From the NCBI GenBank assembly GCA_044229445.1, contig JBGASX010000010.1, forward strand, positions 1,106 through 65,105: 64,000 nucleotides of DNA. The letters run 5' to 3'. How positions within the stretch are numbered: the stretch's first letter is position 1; every line of letters starts with the position of its first letter. Below are positions 20,538 through 29,387 of this stretch, piece by piece. This DNA is from Gemmatimonadales bacterium. GTDB taxonomy: Bacteria > Gemmatimonadota > Gemmatimonadetes > Gemmatimonadales > GWC2-71-9. The notes beneath the pieces are model-generated. The model was not told the origin of the DNA. It was given only the letters and a program-made list of their open reading frames with translations, and ran no database searches. The position numbers were made by a program, and so were the translations under genes.

Positions 20538-21495
20538 GCGCATCCTCATCCTTGGCGCCGCCGGCCGTGACCGGACCGAGACCGCGATCGCCCGCGCGGC
20601 GCTCGCGCTGGGGCACGAGGCGCGGATCCTCGACGCGCTGGCGTGGCGCCGCCGGCTCGGCGCCTGGGGCGACCGGTTCCTGCGCTGGCAGGCCGACCGC
20701 TTCGCGCCGCAGCTCGTGCTCTGCACCCGGCACGCCATCAGCATGGGGGAGGCGCCGCTGCAGGCGCTGCTCCGCGGGCGCCGCTCCGCCTTCTGGTACT
20801 TCGATGCGCTGACCCCGCTCCCCGAACCGGTCGTGCGGCTGGCCCGCCTGACACAACAGTGCTTTGCCACCTACGGATTCCAGGTGGAGGCACTCCGCGC
20901 CGCGGGCGCGCCCGAGGTGAAGTTCCTGCCGCAGGGCTTCGATCCCGCGATCGACGCCCCCGCCGATGCCGCGCCCGAAGGGTACCACTGCGACCTCGCC
21001 TTCGTGGGCTCGGGGCAATATCCCCGCCGCTACGACATCCTGCGCGCCTTCGCCGAGGTGGGGGCGCTGCAGATCCGCGGACCCCACTGGGAGCACGCGC
21101 CGCGCGACCTGCCGGTGGCCGGTGGGGCGGTGCGCGGGCGGGAATTTGCCAGGGTGGTGCGCGGAGGCTCCCTCTCGCTGGGCGTGCACGCACTCGACGA
21201 CCAGCGCCACGAGCATCATGGCGGCACCTCGAACCGGCTCTGGAAGGTGCTGGGCGCGGGGGGCTGCTTTCTCGGCGAGTATGTCGACAACATCGAGGAG
21301 TTCGCGCGGCACGGGGAACACGCGCTCTGGTATCGCGACGCCCGTCAGGGCGCCGAGATCGCGCGCGCCGCACTCGATGATCCGGCGATGCGGGGGCGGA
21401 TCGCCACGCAGGGACGGGCGCACGCCCTCGCGCAGCACACCTACGCGCACCGGCTGGCCCTGCTGCTCGAAGGCCAGGGCTATACCTCGATGTAG
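20536..21495 (+). CDS. CgeB/Glyco_trans_1_2 family glycosyltransferase
   Basis: LPQGFDP, CDLAFVGS, SNRLWKVLGAGGCFL, HTYAHRL. Confidence 0.85.
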   Translation: MRILILGAAGRDRTETAIARAALALGHEARILDALAWRRRLGAWGDRFLRWQADRFAPQLVLCTRHAISMGEAPLQALLRGRRSAFWYFDALTPLPEPVVRLARLTQQCFATYGFQVEALRAAGAPEVKFLPQGFDPAIDAPADAAPEGYHCDLAFVGSGQYPRRYDILRAFAEVGALQIRGPHWEHAPRDLPVAGGAVRGREFARVVRGGSLSLGVHALDDQRHEHHGGTSNRLWKVLGAGGCFLGEYVDNIEEFARHGEHALWYRDARQGAEIARAALDDPAMRGRIATQGRAHALAQHTYAHRLALLLEGQGYTSM

Positions 21496-22340
21496 TTGGT
21501 GTACTCGAAGGGGCGCCATCCAGTCAGGCGCTCGATCCCGAGCGAGGCGCGCTGCAGCAGGTGGCGGGCGCTCCAGGGGAGGGGCAGAAATTCCGGCGGC
21601 ATCTCCGGTCGCCGCCGCGCCAGCCAGTCGCGAATCACGGCGGGGTGGGTGCCCGTGAAGCGGCACAGCCCGACTTCCCACGGCAACGCGGCGCCGAGTG
21701 GCGCCCGTCCCGGCTGGCCGCGGTGGTAGAGCGCGTTGTCGATCTCCCGCTTCTCCGCCAGTGCCGTGAGAGGTCGAGCCCAACCGTAGTGGTGGTAGGT
21801 CGCCCCCGAGCGGCGTGCCCGCGGCTTCCCGGCCCCATCGCTCCGGCGGAAACCCTGCGCGTCCTGATGGCTGCGGATTCCGATCCCGGGACGGACGACC
21901 CTGACCTCGCGCCGGTACCAGGACCGGCCGCCGGCCACCCACTCTTCCCCGCCGTAGAAATGGACGAAGTCGACCAGCAAGGCGTCGACCGTCCGGTCGT
22001 CCTGCGCCGCGCTCATCGCCGCGCGGAGCGGAGCGAGCCCCGCCTCGTGGAGCACCTCGTCGGCCTGGATGTAAATTGCCCAGTCGCCACGACAGGCATC
22101 CAGCGCGCGCTGCGTCTCGGTGGCCAGCATCGCGCTGCCCGCCGTCGCATCCCAGGAGCCGTCGAGCAGCCGGAGGCGCGGATCCGCGAGACTCGCCAGC
22201 AGGTCGCGGGTGCCGTCACCGGAGGGACCGACGTTCACGATCAGCTCATCGACCAGCGGCAGGATCGAACGCAGCGCCTCGAGCACGGGGAAGTCGAGCC
22301 GCACGGCGTTGGCCACCAGGCTGAAACCGACGACGCGCAT
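21480..22340 (-). CDS. GT2 glycosyltransferase
   Basis: LDFPVLEALRSILPLVDE, GDWAIYIQADEV, HHYGWARP. Confidence 0.85.
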   Translation of the reverse strand: MRVVGFSLVANAVRLDFPVLEALRSILPLVDELIVNVGPSGDGTRDLLASLADPRLRLLDGSWDATAGSAMLATETQRALDACRGDWAIYIQADEVLHEAGLAPLRAAMSAAQDDRTVDALLVDFVHFYGGEEWVAGGRSWYRREVRVVRPGIGIRSHQDAQGFRRSDGAGKPRARRSGATYHHYGWARPLTALAEKREIDNALYHRGQPGRAPLGAALPWEVGLCRFTGTHPAVIRDWLARRRPEMPPEFLPLPWSARHLLQRASLGIERLTGWRPFEYTNYIEV

Positions 22341-22378
22341 CAGGGGTTCGTCACGGGCAGAAGAGAGGGCGGAAAGAT

Positions 22379-23308
22379 ATGCGGATCGCGCTGGCCCATC
22401 ACACGAGGCTGCCGGTGCATGGCTACGGCGGCACGGAGCGTGTCGTGGTGGCGCTGGCGCGTGGTCTCGCGGAGCTCGGGCACGGCGTCACGCTGCTCGC
22501 CCCCCAGGGCACCCGGGTGCCGGAGGCGCAAGTCGTCCCCATCGCCGCGGGGCGATTCGGCGATCGGGCCTTTGACCTCACCCCACACCTGCCGCCCGGC
22601 ACCGAGATTCTCCACGCCTTCTATCCGCTCCACACGTCACCCGCGATTCCGTGGGTCTGGACGCTCGAGGGCACCACGCGGCCCGGGACCCGGCGCCCGG
22701 AGAATACCATCTACGTCAGCGCCGACCATGCGGCCCGGCACGAGCGTACCGCCTTCGTCTACAACGGCCTCGACCCCGCCGAATTCCGCTTCCGCCGCCA
22801 CAAGGACGACTACGACCTCTTCCTCGGCCGGCTGCACCGGAGCAAGGGGTACCAGTGGGCGATCGACGGCGCCCGCGCGGCCGGACGGAGGCTGGTGGTC
22901 GCGGGCGGGTGGCGTCCCTCCCTCTCGCGCCGGATTCGTTTCGTGGGCGAAGTCGACGGGGCCGAGAAGGTGGAGTTGCTCGCCGGCGCGCGCCTCCTCT
23001 GGATGCCGGCGCAGTGGGACGAGCCGTTCGGTCTCACCCTGATCGAGGCGCTGTTCAGCGGCACCCCAGTCCTCGGCACCAGACGCGGGTCCCTGCCGGA
23101 GGTACTTTCGCCCGAGGTCGCAGAGTTCGGTGACTCGCTCGACGAGCTGCTCGCGCGACTGGCGGCGATGGCCGGGAAGGACCCGGAGGCGTGTCGGGCG
23201 AGGGCGGAGCGGTATTTCACGCATCGCCAGATGGCGGAAGGGTACCTGCGGATGTATCGGGAGTTCCTGGCGGCGGGAACTCTCCCGCCCGGGGTGCGAA
23301 CCGCCTGA
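22379..23308 (+). CDS. GT4 glycosyltransferase
   Basis: YGGTERVV, FLGRLHRSKG, WDEPFGLTLIEAL. Confidence 0.9.
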   Translation: MRIALAHHTRLPVHGYGGTERVVVALARGLAELGHGVTLLAPQGTRVPEAQVVPIAAGRFGDRAFDLTPHLPPGTEILHAFYPLHTSPAIPWVWTLEGTTRPGTRRPENTIYVSADHAARHERTAFVYNGLDPAEFRFRRHKDDYDLFLGRLHRSKGYQWAIDGARAAGRRLVVAGGWRPSLSRRIRFVGEVDGAEKVELLAGARLLWMPAQWDEPFGLTLIEALFSGTPVLGTRRGSLPEVLSPEVAEFGDSLDELLARLAAMAGKDPEACRARAERYFTHRQMAEGYLRMYREFLAAGTLPPGVRTA

Positions 23309-23327
23309 AGGACGGGGTCTCGCCGGA

Positions 23328-24338
23328 CTACTGGCCCTTCGGCGTTCCGGTGTCGCCCGGTCCGACCACCGCCTCGAGCAGCGCCGACATGCGGTGCATA
23401 TAGGTGTGCTCCCGGAGCGCATGCTGGCGGGCGCCGGCCCCGAGGCGATCGCGGTACTTGTCCTCCTGCACCGCGCGCTTCACCTGGCCTTTCAGCTCCT
23501 CCGGCGTGGTATACACCAGGACTTCGGTGCCCTCCTCGAAGTGCTGGGGGAGGTCGGTGCGGGCGTCCACCACCTGCGGCACTCCGATCGCCGCGATCTC
23601 GAAGGTGCGGCGGTTCACCCCGCTGCCATCATGCTTGCGATCCTCGGCACCGGTGCGGTGGACGTTGACCGCGACCGTCGCGCCCGCGTAGGCGCGCACG
23701 AAGTCCTCGGTGCTGGGAAGCTCACCGCGGCAGTAATCACGCAGCGAGGTCTTCCGCCACCCCGGTCCCCACAGCGCGAGCCCGAACTCCACCAGCTCCT
23801 GCAGGTAGCGCTCCCGGCGCGGCGTCGCCGTCCCGGCGAAGACCACATTGGCTCGGAAGGGCCCGCGGGCACTGAGGGGCTTGTGCACGGACGGATCGCA
23901 GCCGAGCGCGAGATAGTGTGCGTGCTTCACCCCGTGCCTGTCGAACGCCTCGAGGGCCCCGCTGGCGCCGACGAAGACGTAACTGTACTCCATCGCCTCG
24001 CGGCTCGCGGCCGTTGCGTCGTTCAGTTCGTCATCGAGCAGCTGCACCCACCGGGCGCTGCGTCCCTTGCGGAGCGTATCCACGCTGTCCGGGGAGAGCA
24101 GCCCATCTCCGGCGATGAGCACGAGGTCGGGGCTGTGCTGGTCGAGGGCGGTCTCGATGCGGTGTTCGAGGTCCCGCCGAACCAGCCGTTCGAGCCAGCC
24201 GGCCCGGTCCGGATCCAGGTGCAGCAGGTTGGCGCCGAGACGCTCGAGGGCGCGACGGCGGAGCGCGTTGTGGGCGAGTTCAGCATCGTCCACCGCCGCG
24301 ACGAACAGGATCCGGAGACCAGCGAAGGGAGCATGCAT
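23328..24338 (-). CDS. CgeB family glycosyltransferase
   Basis: LALGCDPSVH, NVVFAGT, NRRTFEIAA, EHTYMHR. Confidence 0.85.
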   Translation of the reverse strand: MHAPFAGLRILFVAAVDDAELAHNALRRRALERLGANLLHLDPDRAGWLERLVRRDLEHRIETALDQHSPDLVLIAGDGLLSPDSVDTLRKGRSARWVQLLDDELNDATAASREAMEYSYVFVGASGALEAFDRHGVKHAHYLALGCDPSVHKPLSARGPFRANVVFAGTATPRRERYLQELVEFGLALWGPGWRKTSLRDYCRGELPSTEDFVRAYAGATVAVNVHRTGAEDRKHDGSGVNRRTFEIAAIGVPQVVDARTDLPQHFEEGTEVLVYTTPEELKGQVKRAVQEDKYRDRLGAGARQHALREHTYMHRMSALLEAVVGPGDTGTPKGQ

Positions 24339-24368
24339 AGGAGTCCGGGAGACAATCTATAGCGAAGC

Positions 24369-24490
24369 GTTCCGAGTTCCGAGTTCCGAGTTCGAAGCGC
24401 CAGTGGTGGAAACTCCCGTGCTGGGTTCGCAACCTCGCAGGCGCACTAGCCGGGGATCGACTCGGAACTCGGGACTCGGAACTCGGTACT
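24369..24490. repeat. Two inverted tracts of a tandem heptamer (GTTCCGA x3-4 and ACTCGGN x4)
   Basis: GTTCCGA at 24369, 24376, 24383 plus GTTCGAA at 24390; ACTCGGA/G/A/T at 24460, 24467, 24474, 24481, the reverse complement of the same unit. Confidence 0.85.
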
Positions 24491-26302
24491 GCTCGCCAGG
24501 TGCCGATAGAGACCATCCGCGGCAAGCAGCGCCTCATGGGTGCCCCGCTCGACGATGCGGCCCTCGTCCAGGACCAGGATCTCGTCGGCGTGACGCACCG
24601 TGCCGAGCCGGTGGGCGATGACGAGCACCGTCCGGTCGCGCATCAGGCGGTGGAGCGCATCCTGTACCAGGCGCTCCGACTCACTGTCGAGCGCGCTGGT
24701 GGCCTCGTCGAGGATCAGGATGGGCGGATCGCGGAGGACCGCGCGGGCGATCGCGAGCCGCTGCCGCTGGCCGCCGGAGAGACGGGTGCCGCGCTCGCCG
24801 AGCAGGGTCTGATACCCATTCGGCAACTGCGCGATGAACGCATGCGCGTTGGCGGCGCGCGCTGCCGCCTCGACCTCGGCCTGCGTCGCCTGGGGGCGGC
24901 CGTAGGCGATGTTGGCGAAGACGCTGTCGTTGAAGACCACGGTCTCCTGACCGACGAACCCCATCAGCGCGCGCACCGAGGCACGCGTCACCGTCCCGAG
25001 CGGCACGTCGTCCAGCAGGATCGTACCCTGGGTTGGCTCCCGGAGCCGGGGCAGCAGCTCGGCAAGTGTGGTCTTGCCGGCGCCGGAGCGACCGACGAGT
25101 GCCACGATCCTGCCGCGCGGCAGGGTGAAGCTGATGTCCTCGAGAATGGGTCCTTCGCCATAACTGAAGCCCACCTTGTCGAAGCGCACTTCGCGCGCAA
25201 ACCGGGCCGCGGGCAGGCCGGCGGGCTCGGCTTCCGCGGAGGGAAGGTCCAGCACCTCGAAGACCCGTTCCGCGCTCGCAAGCGCCTGCGCCATCTGTCC
25301 CGGGAACTGGGTGATCGCCTTGAGCGGGGACATCACCCGGAGCGCAGCCACGATGAACACCATCAGCCCCTCGGGCGAGAGCCCGCCGCCCACGAAGCCG
25401 GGCGAGGCGCCGGCGGCGATGAGCACCACGAGCAGCAGCCCGCCGAAGAGTTCGCTCACCGGGCCAGTGAGCGCGGCGAAGCGCTGCGTCCGCGCCACGT
25501 GCCGGCGATAGCGATCCGCCTGGGCGCGGAAGCGCGCCCCCTCCCCCGCCTCTCCGCCGTAGGTGCGTACCAGCTTCACGGCCCCGAGCCGCTCCGCCAC
25601 GGTCGCAGTCATCTCTCCCGCCTCATCGGCGCGGGCACGCGCATGCTTCCGCAGCCGGCTCAGCAGCTGGCGAATCCCCACCAGCAGGAGCGGCGCGGCG
25701 GCGAAGGTGAGCAGGGTGAGTTGCCACGAGAGCTGCGCCAGCACCGCGAGCGTCGTGAGAATGAGGACCAGGTTCTGGAAGAACGAGGCGAGCCCCGCGC
25801 TGATGGCCCCCTTGGCCTGATCGGCGTCCTGCATGATCCGTGCGATGACCTGCCCCCCGCGAGTGCGCTCGATCCAGCCGAGATCGAGGCGGAGCAGATG
25901 CTCGAAGAGCGCCGCGCGGAGATCGCGCACGAGCCCCTCCTGCGCCTCCACGCTGAGCTGCCCCGAGAGATAGGCCAGGGCATTCTTGCCGAGCAGCGCC
26001 GCCCAGAGGAGCGCCACGAGACGCACGGTGACGCCGGACGGTGTCGCCCCGGCGAGCACCGGCGCGAGCAGCCGGTCGACCAGCCCCTCGAGACCGGTGC
26101 GAGTCGCGCCGAGACTCCCCGCGGTGCCGAAGAGATGGCGGAGCAGCGGGATCAGGAAGAGCAGCGTGGCGCCATCGAGAATCGAGGCGACGGTGGTGGA
26201 GATGACGCCGAGGCCGAGCGTCAGCCGGTAGGGGCGAAGCCAGCCGAGCAGTCGCGTCAGGGAAGACGCGGAGGGGGCGGACCGGGTGCTGCCGTCAGCC
26301 AC
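24446..26302 (-). CDS. msbA: Lipid A/LPS exporter-type ABC transporter (MsbA-like)
   Basis: TM domain, GRSGAGKT, LSGGQRQR, ILDEATSALD, IAHRL; located in an LPS cluster. Confidence 0.82.
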   Translation of the reverse strand: MADGSTRSAPSASSLTRLLGWLRPYRLTLGLGVISTTVASILDGATLLFLIPLLRHLFGTAGSLGATRTGLEGLVDRLLAPVLAGATPSGVTVRLVALLWAALLGKNALAYLSGQLSVEAQEGLVRDLRAALFEHLLRLDLGWIERTRGGQVIARIMQDADQAKGAISAGLASFFQNLVLILTTLAVLAQLSWQLTLLTFAAAPLLLVGIRQLLSRLRKHARARADEAGEMTATVAERLGAVKLVRTYGGEAGEGARFRAQADRYRRHVARTQRFAALTGPVSELFGGLLLVVLIAAGASPGFVGGGLSPEGLMVFIVAALRVMSPLKAITQFPGQMAQALASAERVFEVLDLPSAEAEPAGLPAARFAREVRFDKVGFSYGEGPILEDISFTLPRGRIVALVGRSGAGKTTLAELLPRLREPTQGTILLDDVPLGTVTRASVRALMGFVGQETVVFNDSVFANIAYGRPQATQAEVEAAARAANAHAFIAQLPNGYQTLLGERGTRLSGGQRQRLAIARAVLRDPPILILDEATSALDSESERLVQDALHRLMRDRTVLVIAHRLGTVRHADEILVLDEGRIVERGTHEALLAADGLYRHLASSTEFRVPSSESIPG

Positions 26303-27863
26303 CGCGTCTCGCCGTGAGCAGCGCGATCGGCAGGATCATCTCCTCCGGCGTCACGCCCCCATGCAGGAAGGCGCCGCGATACCGGGCCTGGTACTCGCGG
26401 AGTTTGGTCGGGTAGACGAAGAAGCGGTCGCCGGTCGCGAGCAGCATCCGGGTGCCTGGCGCCTTGGCGGGGAGTCCCCAGCCGGTGAGATCATCCACCA
26501 CGATCGCGGCGTCGCGATCCTGGGCGCGCAGATCCTCGCCGAACTTGTAGCGCAGATTCGCGGTGGCGTCGCGGCGTGCGTACACCGTGGCGGGGGTATG
26601 GCAGTGGATCGAGCCGTGATCAGTCGTGAGCAGCACCGGGACGTTGCGGCGCTCGGCCTCACGCAGGGCGCCCCAGAGCGCCGAGCGCTCGAACCAGGTC
26701 CGGGTGAGGCTCCGGAGCGCCGGCGTGTCGCGCGCGACCTCGAACAGGGTGGAGTTCTCGGTCCGGCCGTGGGTGAGCTGGTCGATGAAGTTGAAGACGA
26801 GCGCGGTCACGCCATCGGCCGAGAGATGCGCGGGGAGGCGGGTGAGCAGCGCCTCGCCGTCGGCGGCGGTGAAGACCTTCTCGTAGCGCACCGGCACCGG
26901 GCGGCCGTAGTGCGACTGGAGCTGCGCCGTGAGGAGTTCGGCCTCGTGCGCATTAAGGCTGGTCTCGTCCTGGTCGCGCCACCACTGCGGATACCGGGTT
27001 GAGAGCGCGTTCGGCAGCAGCCCGCTGAAGATCGCGTTCCGCGCGAACGGCGTCGCGGTCGGCACGATGGAGAAGTAGTACGAGGTCTCCACGTCGAAGC
27101 GCGAGCTGATCAGCGGCCGGATCGCCTCCCACTGATCCATCCGGAGGCAGTCGACCACGACGAGCAGCGCCTTGCCGTGCTGGCGGAGCGCGGGCTCCAC
27201 GAACTCCGGCACGATGTCCACGCTGAGCGGCGGCCGGTCCGCCCGGCTGCCCTTGAGCCAGCCGGGATACTGCCGCTCGACGAAGCCGGCGAAGTCCTGG
27301 CGCAAACTCTCCTGCAGGGTGCGAAGCGCCTCCGAGAGCCCCGGCTCGTCGGCCAGGCCGAGCCGCACTTCCCACTCCGCGAGCTCGACCACGATCTCGG
27401 TCCAGTCGCGCCAGTTCATGTCGTGGTTGCGGCGTGCCTCGAGTTCGCGGAAGCGGGTCGCGAAGTCGCGGGACAACCGCTGCTGACGGATCCGGTCGCC
27501 CTCCAGCAGGCGGGTCACGACCGACAGCACCTGGCGCGGGTTCACCGGCTTGACCAGGTAATCGGAGATCTCGGCGCCGATCGCATCCTTGAGCGTGGCC
27601 GGCTCCTCGCTCTTGGTCACCATCACCACCGGCATCGAGGCATCGATGCTGCGGATGGCGCGGAAGAGCTCGAGCCCACGGCGCCCCGGCATCTGCTCGT
27701 CGAGCAGCACGACGCCATACGGCTGCCGCTGCAGCATGACGAGGGCATCGTCGCCATGGGCCGCCTTCTCGACGTGGAAACCCTGTTCCTCGAGAAACAG
27801 AATGTGCGAGGAGAGGCTCTCGACCTCGTCGTCGACCCAGAGGATGCTGCGGGGGCGTGGCAT
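26295..27863 (-). CDS. PorX-like response regulator (REC + PglZ/alkaline-phosphatase-superfamily domain)
   Basis: ILWVDDE, LLDEQMPG, VMVTKSEE, VVDCLRMDQW, PTATPFARNAIFSG, TTDHG, LRYKFG, FLHGGVTPEEM. Confidence 0.88.
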   Translation of the reverse strand: MPRPRSILWVDDEVESLSSHILFLEEQGFHVEKAAHGDDALVMLQRQPYGVVLLDEQMPGRRGLELFRAIRSIDASMPVVMVTKSEEPATLKDAIGAEISDYLVKPVNPRQVLSVVTRLLEGDRIRQQRLSRDFATRFRELEARRNHDMNWRDWTEIVVELAEWEVRLGLADEPGLSEALRTLQESLRQDFAGFVERQYPGWLKGSRADRPPLSVDIVPEFVEPALRQHGKALLVVVDCLRMDQWEAIRPLISSRFDVETSYYFSIVPTATPFARNAIFSGLLPNALSTRYPQWWRDQDETSLNAHEAELLTAQLQSHYGRPVPVRYEKVFTAADGEALLTRLPAHLSADGVTALVFNFIDQLTHGRTENSTLFEVARDTPALRSLTRTWFERSALWGALREAERRNVPVLLTTDHGSIHCHTPATVYARRDATANLRYKFGEDLRAQDRDAAIVVDDLTGWGLPAKAPGTRMLLATGDRFFVYPTKLREYQARYRGAFLHGGVTPEEMILPIALLTARRGG

Positions 27864-27964
27864 GCGGGTAAGATAGACAGTCGGGAGTCGGAAGTCAGAA
27901 ACGGGCTGCCATGCGCCCTGCACACATGACTTACCTCCGGATTCGCCCGACGTAGATTTCGCAC

Positions 27965-28975
27965 GTGCCCTCCCCTCGCATTCTGCTCGTCCGGTTCAGC
28001 TCGCTCGGCGACGTGCTGCTCACCACGCCGCTCATCCGGGCCTTGCGGGCCCGGCATCCGGCCGCCACACTCTCCGCACTGACCAAGCAGAGCTGGGCGC
28101 CGCTCCTCTCCGCCAATCCGCACCTCGACGAAGTAATCGCGGTGTCGCCGGGGCAGTCGCTCGTGCCGCTGGCCCGGGCGCTGCGCGGGGCGCGGTACAC
28201 CCACCTGCTCGACCTGCACGGGAGCGTGCGCACCCGGGTGCTCCGGCTGCTCGTGCCGGGCACGTGGAGCGGCTTCGACGCCCGGCGCGGTCCGAGACGG
28301 CAGCTGATCCGCGAGCACCGGGACGTGTACACGGATCGGGTGCCGGTGCCGGAGCGCTACTTCGAGGCCGCAAGCGCCCTCGACGTGAGACCCGATGGCG
28401 GGCCGGCGGAGCTGTTCACCAGTCCGGCCGCCGAAGCCCGTGCCGAGGCCTGGCTTGCGCGGGTGGGATTCGAGAGTGAGGCACCACTGGTCGCGCTGAT
28501 TCCCGGTGCGGCGCATGCCACCAAGCGCTGGCCGGTGCGCCACTGGCGCCGCCTCGCCTCCGACCTCGTGAGGCGGGGCTACAACGTGACGGTGGTCGGC
28601 AGCAGCGGCGACCGGATTCTCGCCGCCGAGATCGCCACCTCGGCCGGCCGCAGGGCGGCGAGCGCCGCCGGCGACCTCGATCTGCAGGCCAGCGGAGCCC
28701 TGCTCCGCCGGGCCCGCGCGGCGGTCAGCGGCGATACCGGACCGATGCACCTCGCCACCGCGGTGGGAACGACGGTCGTCGCCCTCTTCGGACCGACGGT
28801 GGAGCAGTTCGGCTTCTTTCCGTACCGGGCGCGGTCCGCCGTCCTCGAGCGGTCGCTGCCCTGCCGGCCCTGCAGCAGCAAGGGCAGTCCGCATTGCCCG
28901 CTCGGCCATCACCAGTGCATGGAGGAGATCGTGCCGGAAGAGGTGCTGTCCCGCCTGACGAGTTTCGGCCTGTGA
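27965..28975 (+). CDS. waaF: GT9 LPS heptosyltransferase (WaaF-like)
   Basis: RFSSLGDVLLTTP, PGAAHATKRWP, SGDTGPMHLATA, CRPCS..CPLGHHQCM. Confidence 0.85.
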   Translation: MPSPRILLVRFSSLGDVLLTTPLIRALRARHPAATLSALTKQSWAPLLSANPHLDEVIAVSPGQSLVPLARALRGARYTHLLDLHGSVRTRVLRLLVPGTWSGFDARRGPRRQLIREHRDVYTDRVPVPERYFEAASALDVRPDGGPAELFTSPAAEARAEAWLARVGFESEAPLVALIPGAAHATKRWPVRHWRRLASDLVRRGYNVTVVGSSGDRILAAEIATSAGRRAASAAGDLDLQASGALLRRARAAVSGDTGPMHLATAVGTTVVALFGPTVEQFGFFPYRARSAVLERSLPCRPCSSKGSPHCPLGHHQCMEEIVPEEVLSRLTSFGL

Positions 28976-29361
28976 CCGGCTGGGATCCGGCCGCGCTCGC
29001 CCTCCTGACGCTGCTCCCGCGGACCGGCCGCGGGCCCAAGCGCGAAGGAATCTACGCTCTCTGGCTCACCCTCCGCGTCGCGCAGGACCTGCGGCTCGAT
29101 CCCCCGCTTTCCGAGCGCGCCGTCCGGCGCAGACTCACCGCGCTCGAGGCGCGGCTCTCGAGTCTGACGCTGCCCCCGCCCCTTCGCCGTGCCCTGACGG
29201 CGGCCCTGCAGCAACTGAAGCAGGATGGCGTGGATGCGGTCCCCCTGGTGCTCAGCACCCTCGTCGCGCCCGCACGCGACTCCGCGGGCACCGACGCCGG
29301 CGAGGCGATCCAGCTGGCCGCCCGCGCGGTCCGACAGACCGTCGCCAGCCCGTCCCGCTGA
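28972..29361 (+). CDS. Hypothetical alpha-helical protein
   Basis: GTG overlaps the waaF stop (GTGA); 129 aa with host-like codon usage. Confidence 0.65.
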   Translation: MTGWDPAALALLTLLPRTGRGPKREGIYALWLTLRVAQDLRLDPPLSERAVRRRLTALEARLSSLTLPPPLRRALTAALQQLKQDGVDAVPLVLSTLVAPARDSAGTDAGEAIQLAARAVRQTVASPSR

Positions 29362-29387
29362 GGGCGCCGCCCTCCTATCTTCTGTCC

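Noticed and set aside
26295-27863. BREX defence system (PglZ domain)
   Set aside because: The PglZ domain is fused to REC as in PorX, and no brxC, pglX or brxL genes are present.
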